Source: Chiloscyllium plagiosum
Taxonomy: Eukaryota
Length of the DNA stretch: 64,000 nt
Assembly: GCF_004010195.1 (NCBI RefSeq)
Contig: NC_057718.1
Location: forward strand, 65,618,919 to 65,682,918
Direction: 5' to 3'
The notes beneath the pieces are model-generated. The model was not told the DNA's origin. It did not search any database and saw only the letters and a list, made by a program, of their open reading frames with translations. Every line of letters begins with the position of its first letter. The first letter of the stretch is position 1. Below, piece after piece: positions 39,074 through 52,592 of the stretch. The translations under genes and the position numbers were made by a program.

Positions 39074-40561
39074 TAGATAAATTAAATATTTATTGAGACC
39101 CATTGAAACTAATAACCACTGGTTCCTCGCTTAATTTTACACTTCGTTATCACTGGACCTGAAAGATACTTTGCTGTCTGAATAATTCATTGTTTTAATG
39201 TTTTCAGTGTTAGTTTTACAATCTAAATAGAATTAAAACAGTGAATAAGGCTAAAAGCACAAGTAATATCATCTTTGCAAAAAGACCAAAATGACCTCCA
39301 GTATCCTATTCATGAGCCCTGTGCTATCCTACAAACTTTTGTTGTTTTACAAGTTTGTGGAATAGTAAAGATTAGCTTTATGTGAAATGTATTGTTTTCT
39401 CGTGGAGAAAGTCAAAATTTAATCTTAGTAGAAGTTATGCTGTTGATAACCTGCCTGGCTTCTTACTGGTGCAGCAAGACAATATTTGGCTACTCAAGCT
39501 CTTGTTTTAACCGAAGTATAGGAAGTTGCTTCATTGAATTTTTTTTACAGTTTGAACAAACTAAACGTTGCATTACAGACACAAACTTGCATTGTGCCAT
39601 TTTAGGTATTGCTAGCTTACTTAAATATCTGCTTAATGGATTATTTTACAAAACACATTTAATTGCCAATGTAATGTGGAATACAGTACCTTCAAATCAG
39701 TGGTTTTCAACCAGTATGCTGTGGTATGCTGGTTTGTCATGAAATTTTGTACAAAAGTAATGAAAATCAGTGTAAAAAAAGCTTGAAACATTAATGCATT
39801 TGATCCTCCTTTAGTTTATTGTAAATCTCTCAAGTAAGACCCTAACCTTCGTAAATGCAAGTGAATGTGACATCTGGGAGCAATCAATTCAGCTGTAAAA
39901 AGTGTGTGAACTTTGGGATTGTTTATCTCATTGAAGAGTACTGTGTCACCTGAAATAGTTGGAAGCCACTGCCTAAATAATGGGCCATTTATGATGTGAT
40001 CCAAGGTAGAATTCCTGCTCTGATCTGAACTGGAATAATTAATGGTAGGGCAACAGTGCAGATTTGCAGCTAGTCTGCCTTTACCATGGACAATGTGGGG
40101 ATCACTCTCTGAGAGAAGAAGAAGTGAAAGTGACTGGCTAATGATCTCTCTTTGCTGTTCAGAGCTATTGATTTTATAAAAATTAAATAGTTTGGGTGCT
40201 GAGTGCCCCATAGCAGTGTTAAGCTGTATTACTTTCTAAAGTTGACTTGCACAACAGAGAAATAGGAAACTGGTATGCAACTTGATTTTAACTAAAATGC
40301 TCAGCAAAGTTTTAAAATGTTTTCACGACTGCAATTCTGCTCCACTCCAGACGTTTATATTGTCCCTTGGACTTGTGCATCTCCAATTTGAGATTCAAGC
40401 TATTCAGTGACTTGTGTGGTATGAGAAACATTTAGCTTGGGGACAGTTGTGTATGAATATGGTGTTGTGACATGAACTTATAGGCTGCAAAATTTAACTC
40501 CAATATATCAGCATATTGGGCACCATTTCACCTCTAACGGTCCCTAATGTGCATGCAGGGA

Positions 40562-42310
40562 CATATAAGAACAAAGAATTACAGCGCAGGGACAGGCCCT
40601 GCGGCCCTCTGAGCCTGCACCCATCCATATCCTCTATCTAAACCTGTCACCTATTTTCCAAGGATCTGTATCCCTCTGCTCCCTGCCCATTCATCTATCT
40701 GTCCAAATAAGTCTTCAAGAATGCTATCATGCCCACCTCTACCACCCTGCTAGCAAGCATTCCAGGCACCCACCATCCTCTGCGTAAAGAACTTTCCAAG
40801 CATATTTCCCTTAAACGTTTCCCCTCTCACCTTGAACTTGTGACTCCTAGTAATTGGGTCCCCCAGTCTGGGAAAAAGCTTCTTGCTATTCACCCTGTCT
40901 ATACCCCTCATGATTTTGTAGGCCTCGATCAGGTCCCATCTCAACCTCTGTCTTTCTAACTTTCTAATGAAAATAATCCTAATTTACTTAATCTCTCTTA
41001 ATAGCTAACGCCCTCCATAACAGGCAATATCCTGGTGAACCTCCTGTACACCCTCTCCAAAGCCTCCACATCCTTCTGGTATTTGGCAACTGTACGCGGT
41101 ATTCCAAACGTGGCCGAACCAAAGTCTTATACAACTGTAACGTGACCTGCCAACTCTTGTACTCAATACTCGGTCTTATGAAGGAATACATGCCGTACGC
41201 CGCCTTGACCACTTTATAGACCTGCCTTGCCACCTTCAGGATACAATGGAGCTGAACACCAGATCTCTCTGTACACCCGTTTTCACCAGGGCCTTTTCAT
41301 TTACCGTATAGTTCACTCGAGAATTGGATCTTCCAAAATGCATCACCTCACATTTGCCTGGATTGAACTCTATCTGCCATTTCTCAGCCGAACTCTCCAA
41401 TCTATCTATATTCTGCTGCATTTTCTAATGGTCCCCTTCACTATCAGCAACTCCACCACTTTTAGTGTCATCTGTAAACTTGCTAATCAGACCACCGATA
41501 CCTTCCTCCAAATCATTTATCATAACAGTGGTCTCAACACAGATCCCTGTGGAACACCACTGGTTACAGTTCTCCATTTTGAGAAACTCCCTTCCATTAT
41601 TACTCTCTGTTTCCTGTTGCCCAGCCAGTTCTCTATTCATCTAGCTAGTACATTCTGGATCCCATGCAACTTTATTTTCTCCATCAGCCTACCATGGGGA
41701 ACCTTATCAAATGCCTTACTAAAGTCCACATATATGACATCTACAGCCCTTCCCTCATCAATCAACTTTGTCACTTCCTCAAAGAAATCTATTAAGTTGG
41801 TAAGATGTGACCTTCCCTGCTAAAAATCATGTTGCCTATCACTGATCAACCCATTTTCTTCCAAATGTAAATTGATCCTGTCCCTCAGTATCTTCTCAAG
41901 CAGCTTCACTACCACTGACATCAGGTTCACCGGGTCAATATTAACAACTCATCAGTCCTCCAGGACTTCACCCATATTCAAGGATGCTGCAAAGATATCT
42001 GTTAAGGCCTCAGCTATTTCCTCTCTCGCTTCCCTCAGTACTGTGGAATAGATCCCATCCAGACATGCGGATTTATTCACCTTTAATGCTTCTTAAAATA
42101 CCCAACACTTCCTCCTTTCTTATCCCGACTTGACCTGGAGTAATCAAAGATCTATCCCTAACCTCAGCATCCACCATGTCCCGCTCCTCAGTGAGTACCG
42201 AGACAAAGTACTCATTAAGAGTCTCACTCATTTTCTCTGACTCCATGCACAAATTTCCTCCTTTATCCATGAGTGGGCCAACTCTTTCTTTCATTACCCT
42301 CTTGCTCCTT
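40562..42310 (-). mobile_element. CR1 LINE ORF2
   Basis: KERVGPLMDKGG..LNEYFVSV, ISKFTDDTK, FNPGKCEVMHFG, LVRPRLEY, FFTQRMVGAWN. Confidence 0.9.
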
Positions 42311-43164
42311 ACATCACTGGTTTCTGATGCTATTTGCTGACTGTGTTAGCATACTTGCAGGGAACACCATGAGAAATTTGCACACATGACCTCAATCTGT
42401 ACTACCATTCTGAAGCCGTGGGAGCACCACTCATAACCATTATGTATCCATAACTGTCAACCAGTCCTTGAGCAAGGTTCTTCAAATTATAATTCTAGAC
42501 AGGATACCCCAAAATTGACAACCCCCTGATGAGGGATGAACTGGCGGTCATCCTTTATTCACCTGTCTCCTCAGTTAGTTGCAATCAGGTTAATTGACAA
42601 AGGATTCCCACCTTTGTGGGGCTACCTTTTTGTCCCAGACCAAAAGAATTATGCTTTAATAGGAGGTGATTTAACCAGGTTTTGCGTTAATAATTCATTA
42701 AGTTATGAAACATGAGAAGAAATAATTATACATCACCCATAGGCACAGATTAGAATTGAGATATGAGTCAAAAAACATTTGAAAGATATACAGATCAATT
42801 TCTGTGGGACATTCATGAGGAGACGGTGGAACATTGATAGTTGAACAGTCGATTTTGGGATTATTGGTTTTGAAAATTTTTTTGTATTGTTTCCCTTTTT
42901 GCCCATGCTTGACTGGCAACATGTGAGAAAGTCTATCTTTTCTTCAGCATCTTTTTAATTGCCGTGCTGGATTTTTTTTACTGTGACCTTCATAGCACAC
43001 TAGTACACGGATTTAGGCTGTTATGTACAAGTAATCCAGCTCGTTGGTGTACTCTTAAACTATAATGCGCAAATCAGTGTTGGATGCACTTTTATTCCCT
43101 GTTCTATTATTCAAAGTAGAAGTCTCTCACCATGTATTTCCAAGACCCCTGTCTTTTTTTACCC

Positions 43165-43345
43165 TGTGTAGACAGGCAGGAGGCTGGAAGAACACAGCGA
43201 CCCAGGCAGCATCAGGAGGTGCGGAGGTCGACGTTTAAATGTCACCTGCTCCCCCTCCTGATGCTGCCTGGCTTGCTGTGTTCTTCCAGCCTCTTGCCTG
43301 TCTACTTTGGATTCCAACATCTGCAGTTTTTGTTTTGTCTCTAAC
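43165..43345. mobile_element. Short fold-back Penelope pseudo-LTR element
   Basis: Arms about 43168-43217 and 43255-43305; imperfect TTTTTTTACCC repeats on both sides. Confidence 0.65.
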
Positions 43346-45566
43346 TAAGTTTTTTTTACCCATGTTCAGTCTAAAATAAATCCCAAGAGATTACAGTTCA
43401 GTTTGTAGTCCAATTCTCCCTTGTGTCTCCATCCCTTTGAAGCTTCCTTAAGAGCTCATCAGATGTAACATTCCAGGTTGTTTCTCTCCATACAGTCACT
43501 GAATTTAAACCCACAGTCATCTTTTGGCTATATGTCCTTTTTTAAAAAGAAAAACATCTGTTATTAAAAGTTCTATGTCAGAAAATACACTGATGTTCTG
43601 ATCTAAGCAATGACATGCTTAAGGCATCATCTTGTCCTGATTGATATATCTGTTGGATGTCTTTCACAGTTGTTTCAAATAACTAAAATCTAGAAGGTGC
43701 AGCACATGTTGAAGGGCTTTATTATGATGGAAAGGTCTGCGGAATGACTTGTTCCCATGCAGTGCTATTAAAACCCTTGACCACAGCATGATGTGAATGG
43801 ACAGAGGCAACAAAACTGGTGAAGGAGCTGATGGAACAAATAGGAAGCGAGAGAATAGCTGTCGATGAAAAGCCATACTCATCCAGCTTTTGAAAGCAAT
43901 TGTTTATCCAGGCCTCTGTGATCGAGGCAAACTTAGTGATTGCTCTTTTGGCAAGGCCACCACTATTCTGACTATCTGGGTTAAAGGATTCCTAGCAAAA
44001 ATCATTCTGATAGAAATTGGGGGAACAGGAACACGTCCACTGGTTGAAGTCATAGTGAGCATAAAGGAACATGGATATGGTTATTGGAAATCAATCATCC
44101 CAGATGATTGCCCCAGGACATCGCTATAGGTGTCTGTCAAGAAAGATATTTTCTAACTGACCTGTCCAGAGATGTTACTACACTCCTGTGGAACAAATGG
44201 GACTTGAATGCAGGCCTTCTGATTCAGACAGAGACATTAAGACTGAACCATAAATGCCTTCATGTTCCTCAGGGTAGTTGCCTAGGCCCAACTGTCTTCA
44301 GATGTTTCATCGAAAACTTCCTCATAAGATTTGAATTTTTTTATTCAGTGACAATTGAAGAGTGCTCTGTACCATTTGTAATTCCTCAGATATTGAAGCA
44401 GTCTGTGTTCCATACAACACTTGGATAGCTTTCAAACTTTGACACAAAGTAGAAAGAAAAGTAGCATTTGTGACAGCCAAATACCAGACAATTGCTATCT
44501 CCAACAAGAGGCCAACATCTTTTAGTATTCATGGCATTATCACCACCACAGAAACTTTAGGATGTTGACGGGTTACAATTTGACTAGAAAACTAATTCAA
44601 CCAGACATTTTAGTTATGTGCCCTGCAAGAACATATCAATAATAAAAACAGAAAGTGTTGGAAACGCTCAGCAGTTCTGGCAGCATCTGTGGAGAGAAAT
44701 CAGCGTTAATGTTTTGGGTCTGTTGACCCTTCTCAGAACATATCAGTGGCTAAGAAATCTGTAGCATGTAATTCTCCTCCACTCTCACAAAGCCTGTCCA
44801 CCATCACCAAGGCACAAGTTCAGATGTGTGATAGAATACTCTCCACTTGCCTGGATGAGTGCAGCTCCAGCAAGATTCAAGTGGTTTCAAAGAAACCTTA
44901 CCTGTCTCATTAAATATTCATGCAATCCACCAAATGTTCATAGCCTGTACAAGATGTTTTTCTTACATTCAATCACGGGATGAGGATATTACTGGCTAGG
45001 CTAGCATTTATTCCCATCCTAACAGTTAGTTAAGAGATAGCCACATTATGGGTCTAGAGTCACATGTAGTCCAAACCCAGTAAAGATGGCAGTTTCCTGA
45101 AGGACATTAATGAACCAGATGGGTTTTTTCAACAATGGATTCATGGTCATTATTAGTTTCTTAATTCCAAAATTTTTTTACTGAATTCAAGTTCTACCAC
45201 ATGCTATGACCTTTACCATCTAGAAAGATAAGGGCACTAATTGCATGGGAAAATCATCTCCCTGCAAGTTCCCACCCAAGCCCCACAGCATCCTGAGTTG
45301 GAATGGTAACGCAGTTCTGTCACTGCCACTGGGTCACAATCCAGGTACTCTTCTAGAAGCACAGTGAATATATCTATGTCAGATGAACTGCAGCAGTTCA
45401 AGACAGCGGCTCACCATCCCACTGAGAGACTAATTGGAGTTTGGCAACAAGCTATGGCTATACCAGTGACGCTCTCGTCCCACGAAAAAGATGTATGTCA
45501 AATGTTCCTGCTCCATATATTCTTGCTGAAATTGGATGAACTCTGCCATCTGGCAAACGAATTATA

Positions 45567-45883
45567 GGGCAGCATGGTGGCACAGTGGTTAGCACTGCTG
45601 CCTCACAGCGCCAGAGACCCGGGTTCAATTCCCGCCTCAGGCGACTGACTATGTGGAGATTGCACGTTCTCCCCGTGTCTGCGTGGGTTTCCTCCGGGTG
45701 CTCCGGTTTCCTCCCATAGTCCAAAGATGTGCAGGTTAGGTGAATTGGCCATGCTAAATTGCCCATAGTGTTAGGTAAGGGGTAAATGTAGGGGTATGGG
45801 TGGGTTGCGCTTCGGCAGGTCGGTGTAGACTTGTTGGGCCGAAGGGCCTGTTTCCACACTGTAATGTAATCTAATCTAATCTA
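45567..45883 (+). mobile_element. Full-length HE1-type V-SINE (tRNA head, V-domain, CR1-like tail)
   Basis: A box TGGCACAGTGG, B box GGTTCAATTCC, V-domain gcacgttctccccgtgtctgcgtgggtttcctccggg, (TCTAA)n tail; TATAGGGCA repeat at 45563-45571 and 45882-45890. Confidence 0.92.
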
Positions 45884-46770
45884 TAGGGCACACATGACAT
45901 GCCAGTGACTGAAGGTGATTGTGATCATAATTTTATGCGATTATTTGATCCTTCTCAGTTACATATACTGGGGCTGCATATTCCAAGAGAATTTGTTATA
46001 TTTGCTGTCTTGCTATTGGAAAGTATGTGGATTGAGCAATTGGATTCCTGGGAAAAACCATTAGTTGGATTCACGTTACTTTACTGGTGGCACAGGCATA
46101 TTACATGCAGTGCCCTTGCCACAATCATTTGTTCATTAATGTATCTGCATATTACAATCTAAATCCAATTGTCTCCGATGGTGAAACATTGTTTCCTATG
46201 ACTATGAATAGCTGAATTAAAATTACGTGACGTCATGCTACTTGTTAGAGATCTTAATTTGCAAACATCTTCAAGAATATGGCATGAGCAGAACAACTTT
46301 TGGGGTTATTAGTAACATTTCTCTGATGCAGTAGGTACCAGAGGAAGTAAGATAAGTTAGCAAATGTGATTTTGTACTTTATCCTTTTCCAGTTATGTGA
46401 AATGTATGAATGAAGTAATCCATCGCAGGATATCTGCATAGGATTTTTCTTAAGATTTCAACATGCTACTGAACTTAAAACTTTTTTTAATGGACACTTC
46501 ATTTCTGGATTCAGGATTTTTTTTGTTTAGTTTTTGTCATATGAATTAATCTTAAGGATATATTGAAAGAAAATAAGGGCTAATAAATGTTAAACGTTCT
46601 ACACAGCATTCTTGAAAAATGTTAATGGCATGAAATTTTTGATAAAGTAACATATTTCATGTTTTGTCATAATTAACCTAAATGTTTGGAGTTTCTAATG
46701 TCATCTCTTGAAATAATTAAAAGCAACTCCAATTGATTTGTAAACCAGACCATGTTCTTTTCTGTCTTAA

Positions 46771-47022
<252 letters not shown>

Positions 47023-47249
47023 TAAGCGCTGGTCTAGTCATCTGTTGCACTGCTGTCTGTGGTGTTCTGCAGTGTACAAATTAATATATTTGCTACGTTT
47101 ACAATATTGATTGTACTTCACATGTAGTCATTGGCTGTGCAGTTCTTCATAACATCCTGAAGAAAAAAATACATGTTTGTTTGTTCTTGAGTTTAGGAGA
47201 GTTTATGTCTACTTTTTAAAAGCAATGTGAAGCTCTTTCTATAATGGAG

Positions 47250-47735
47250 GGGCCTGTGTTGGACTGGGGTGGACAAGGTCAGAAGTCACATAACACCAAG
47301 TTATAGTCTAACAGGTTTATTTGAAATCACAAGCTTTTGAAGCACTGCTCTTTTGCCAAGTGAAATGAAGAAAAGCACACAGGCACAGAATGTATAGGCA
47401 GAGAGATCAAACGATAATACAGGTGGTGTGAGTGGAGTGTCAACAGGCTGAATAACAAGTCTATGCAGGTGGTCAAAAGTGTCAGACGGTGTGAGTATAA
47501 AGTGTCGCCAGCTGAATAGTAACTGAAAGGATGACCTATAATCTGATCAATTGAGGCAGCGAGGTAATTACAAAAAATAAAAATAAGATGCTGCAGGAGA
47601 CAAACCAAATGGCTGGAATGACATGATAGGTACAAGAGTTACATGCTGAGGGTCTAACCAAAGTAACAAGTAATCCAAAACTGTACAGCCTCATTAAGGT
47701 AGCGAGATCATGGCAAGTTGCTAAGGTGATGGTGC
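47250..47735 (-). mobile_element. Interspersed repeat, probably a Penelope pseudo-LTR family; related copy at 54910-55145
   Basis: 47255-47345 is reverse-complementary to about 55030-55135. Confidence 0.5.
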
Positions 47736-48130
47736 CTTTCTAAAACTCTTTCCAAGTTCTTTCTAAAACAAAGTACAGCACTTCTAGAACTGATGTTTTT
47801 GGAAAGTACACAGTTTTAATTTTCATCAAATGGTAGTGTGGGAAAATTAGTTAAAATTAATTGCATTCAACCTATGGTAAAGTACAGAAGTTTTAGAAAT
47901 CTTGCATTGTTCTAAAGAAAACAGAATGTTTAAAGCTGTCCAACAGATATGGAAAAAGCTATGAAATATTTCCTGTCCTTGGCTGTCATCCAATCAGGAA
48001 TTGACGTGGAACATGCTGCATGGTATTGATCTCATTTTAATTGCATTCCCTGTATCTCCCTATTCCCTCTCTTTATATGAAGTAAACATTACCTTTAAAT
48101 AGTTTCTGACTACTTTTCCTTTCTCTCTAG

Positions 48131-48268
<138 letters not shown>

Positions 48269-50002
48269 TGAAATCTCACAACAAAAGCTTCTTGTATCAT
48301 TACAGTTTTAAGTGAGAGCTTATGAGTCTACACAGGAAGAATGAATATTTCCGATTTGACGCTGAGTGGTTAATTCGGAATAGGCATGGGAAAATATGTA
48401 TGCATTCTGTTTACAATGTTTCTGCAGTTAAATGCTACTAGCTCAACATTTGGGTGTATAGCTTTTAATTTATGCTGATTTTAAAAAAGAAGCTATTGAC
48501 TCAATCATAGAGAATGAAATATGGCCAGATTTGAATTCAATCCTTTCATTTTACTGTAGTGTGTAAGCAAGAATGGAGCATTCTTAGCAAACATTTATGT
48601 GTAATCTCGGGCCAATGATACCATATAGTAATGAATGAGAACCCTATGCTATGACCTGGAAAGATCTCTTTCACTCCTCCATTAAAAAATGCATTAGATA
48701 ATGTAAAACTGGCAACTTGAAGCAAGTTTTTGATGGTCCCTCCTCTCTCCAATAACTGCTGTCTCATTCAGTGAGTAATGTTACATTTAGTGGGTAAACA
48801 ATATTTAACTAATGTGCCTATTTCGCCATTGAAATTCTAACTGGCTCTATCTTCATGCCATCATATTGTGCCTGTTTATGCTTAGAATTGTAGTCTTTGG
48901 TCCACACCTCTCTTCCTCAAACTGCATTCAAACATTAAACCAGATATGAACACTGTTTTCTTGGGGCACATTCACTGAGATTATTATTGATTCTCAAATA
49001 AAAGCAAGATGCTGCTAATGCTGCAGATCTGAAACAAACATGGAAAATGCTGCATAAATTCTGCTGGTCTGACTGCATCTGTCAAGAGGGAAATAGAGTA
49101 AACATTTACAGTCTGATGTGACTGTCCCTCAGAACTGAAAGGGTTTGGAAAATGGCAGTTTTTTATACACTTGACCAAGGTAGAGGAGGGTCAAGGGGAA
49201 TAGTTAGTGTGGAGGAGGCATCTCGGCTGAGAGCAAAGTAGGCAAAATGCATGCATAATTAATTGTCTCTCTCTAACAGAGAGAGATGTCTATGCTGCTT
49301 GTGGAGGATGGCTTCTTAGCAAAATTGTGTTAGACTAACTTAGTTATTCCAAAAATAACTCAATTAAGAGGGCTGTTCTGGGTTGATGTGTTGTTTGGCA
49401 TATAGATTTTCAAAAGGCATTAGATCAAAGTAACGCATGATTAAACCTGAGGGGCGGAAAGTGGAGAGTAGTGTTGAATGATTAATTTCTCAGACGTGAG
49501 GGAAGTACACAGTATTGTTTTCAGAGGTCCATATTGAGGCACGTGTTCTTTCTAATCCCAACAAACCTTGACTTGAGTATTACAGAGATTAGTTACAAAC
49601 ATTACTGATTAATGCATTCAAGTTTTTTAAACAATGAGGTAAACTGGTGAAATAGCCAGAAACATGAAGGTTAAATCTAATTTAACAGATTGTAAAACCC
49701 TAAATTTTTTTTTGGGAGGAACAAGTGAAGTGATCTAAAATGAATGGTACAATCTTGAGGAAAAGAGAGACCGAGGGGGGGGTGTACATACATAAATCTT
49801 TGAAGGTGACAGGTCAAGTTGAGAATTTTTTTTGCAAAAATGCATTTAGGATCCTTGGCTTCATTAGTAGAGGAGAAAGGGTGCAAAAGCAGCAAAGTTA
49901 TGCAGAAGCTATGATACCCTACCGCAGCTGTATGGGCTGCATGGAAAATGTATATGGACAAGATTATACTTTGTACATGCCAGCCAAAGAGTATATGTAA
50001 CA

Positions 50003-50890
50003 ATTTTTGAGAAAATGTATAGCTCAGATTGAGGTTCACATTGTAAGTTTGCTCTCTGAGCTGGTAGACTTGTTCTCTGATGTTTTGTCACCATGCTAGG
50101 TAACATCATCAGTGAGCCTCTGATGAAGCACTGGTGTTTTGTCCTGCTTTCTATTCATGTGTCTTGGTCTGTTAAGGTGTGTGATCTCTCTCTCTCTTCT
50201 GGTTCAAGAACAACAAGTACCCAATAAGCACAGTTCATCAATTCATAAACAACAAACCCAGATAAGAAGACACAACACGCCCAGAGACTCTAGCCATACT
50301 ACCATACATCAAAGATATCTTGGAAATGACTACTAGGCTGCTCTGACCCCTTGACATCATGGTAGCCCACAAATCTTACCAACACACTGAAACAGCTACT
50401 GATGAACCTAAAGGACCCTGTACCAACAACCAGCAACTCAAATGTCATACAAAATACCCTGCAAGGACTGCAACACTACGTCAGACAGACAGGCAGGAAA
50501 CTAGCCACTAGGATACAATCACCAACTAACCACCAAAAGCCTTGACCACCTATCATTAGTACCCTTACACACAGACTAAGTAGGACACCACTTCAACTGG
50601 GGCAACACATCCATCCTAAGACAGGCTAAACCGAGACACGCGCGAGAATTCCTTGAAGCCTGGCATTCAAACCAGAACTCCATCAATGAACACATTGATT
50701 TTTACCCCATTTACCAGCCTCTGAGAAAAAAAACTGGAAATGATATCACCCACATTAACAGACCGAGAAACACAAATAGAAAGCGGGACAGAACACCAGC
50801 GCTTCACCAGAGGCTCACTAATGATGGTATCTAGCATGGTGATGAAACGTCTAAGAACAAACCTCCCAGCTCAGTGTGCAAACTTACAAT
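50003..50890 (+). mobile_element. Penelope-like element with inverted pseudo-LTR at the 5' side
   Basis: YKIPCKDCN..QTGRKLATRI (GIY-YIG), HFNWGNTSIL..AREFLEAWHS; 50040-50170 is the reverse complement of 50760-50890. Confidence 0.82.
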
Positions 50891-52386
50891 CAGTACATGC
50901 TAACCTTTGGGGACCAGATTTCTAACTTCTCAAGATGCATATCCCCACCAAACCCCCTTGTCCTGCCAGAGAATGACTAATCGTGTGTGAATTTGAAATT
51001 CGTAACTCTCTTGGTTCTGATAAATGAAGATATCTGTTTGAAAGAATTTACCTTTAAGGAACTCGAGTAAAAACATGTCAGACTCATTCTTCCATCTCCA
51101 GCAGAGAATACAGTCTGCTAATTCCCTCTTTAGGCGAGTGTCAATAGGAGAGATGTATTGAATTACATGTCTTATAATGAACCCTCAGGCCAGCAAGCAA
51201 GGTGATACTTTGTACATTTACCTGTATGGGCCATCAGTTATAGCTGACTCTGCAAACAGATTTCTGTCTGGTTTTGTGGATGAAGATTGGCTTTCCTAAG
51301 TGTTTAAATCAAGAGTGAGGCAGTGATTCCAATTCAGTTGGATACGAACTTTCAGCATCTTGTGCAATTAAAAGGCAGGTAGAGTTGCCCTTTATTTTTT
51401 GGTAGGAATATCAAGTGTATTACAATAGGTATATTATCCAACGAAACTGTGTCCAAAGATTATCATTTTCTCAGCATGGCAATGTTTCCTTGAAACAATG
51501 TTTTAGAAATCTGTTCTAATCAGCATAGAGTGGGAAACTTGAAAACTCTTGGCTTTTTGAATTGTAATTGATATCTCTTCTGTAGTTTTTTTATGCTTCT
51601 AATTTTGATTTGGAGTGCCCTTTTCTCTAGCAAATTATGTACCTACTTTGCATCTTTAAAATACAAGTCACGTCTGCTGCTTAGAGCTTTTAATTTTAAT
51701 CTTAATAATTTAATGCAGCATGTTGGTCTAATCTTGCCCCCCAGTATGATAAGTAATTAAACTCTATACATTTTTAATCTGCCAGTATATCTGTCACATT
51801 ACTGACATTCCTGGCTTCTGAGTGTAGAGATTTTTTCATCATTAGTTTGTGGTTTTCAAACTTTACCTTATGAGCAACTACCAATAAAGTCTGAGGATTC
51901 CCTTGCCCTAATTTCTGAAAATTAGTAATCAAAGGCAAACAGTGCTGTTATGGTAAAGATTTTCAATTTGGTGCTGTAAAAGGACATTTGTGCCGTGTGT
52001 TTGGAACAACATCTTGATGCATGCTATACGAGTCCTCTCTAGCCATGAGTTTGGTGCGCTTGCTCAATTGTAAATCTGTCCTGATCTGAAAGACTGCGTG
52101 TTAGGTTAGCTGCAATTAGTGTGTGAAAGTTGTGGGTTAAAACACAGGGAGTGCCATATTTACCCACATTACCTTAAAAGTGTAATTTCTTGTGGATGAA
52201 GCACTTATTTCTGGCAATATAATTAAAAATGTACATTCTTCCTTTTCACTTAATTTTTTTTATTAGGTATAACTAATGATATTTTTAGTAATCAAACAAA
52301 ATGTGTTATTTTGTTTCAGCAATTGTTTATGCAACCATGGATGTAAAAAGATTGTTAATAAGTTGATGTTTTATCCTCGCATTCAG

Positions 52387-52592
52387 AAATAACCAGGGTG
52401 ACCTGGATTATGAAGAGGTCAGCAAGCATGGACCAGTCAGGCCTGTACCAAAGGGTTCTGAGTCACCCAATTCTTTCCTTGATCAAGAATATCAGAGGCG
52501 GCGGTTTACCATTGCAGAATATGATCAATTGCCCCCATATGCATTTGAAGTGCCTAAACCCACCAGGATGCGGGATAAGACACAGCAATATG
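52387..52592 (+). CDS. CNKSR3: CNKSR3 exon (206 nt): NNQGDLDYEEVSKHGPVRPVPKGSESPNSFLDQEYQRRRFTIAEYDQLPPYAFEVPKPTRMRDKTQQY(G)
   Basis: cattcag|A AAT...TAT G|gtttgt; conserved KGSESPNSFLDQE..RRRFTI; phase 2 in, phase 1 out. Confidence 0.94.

Noticed and set aside
45567..45640. tRNA gene
   Set aside because: The A and B boxes are the head of a SINE, continuous with the V-domain and tail
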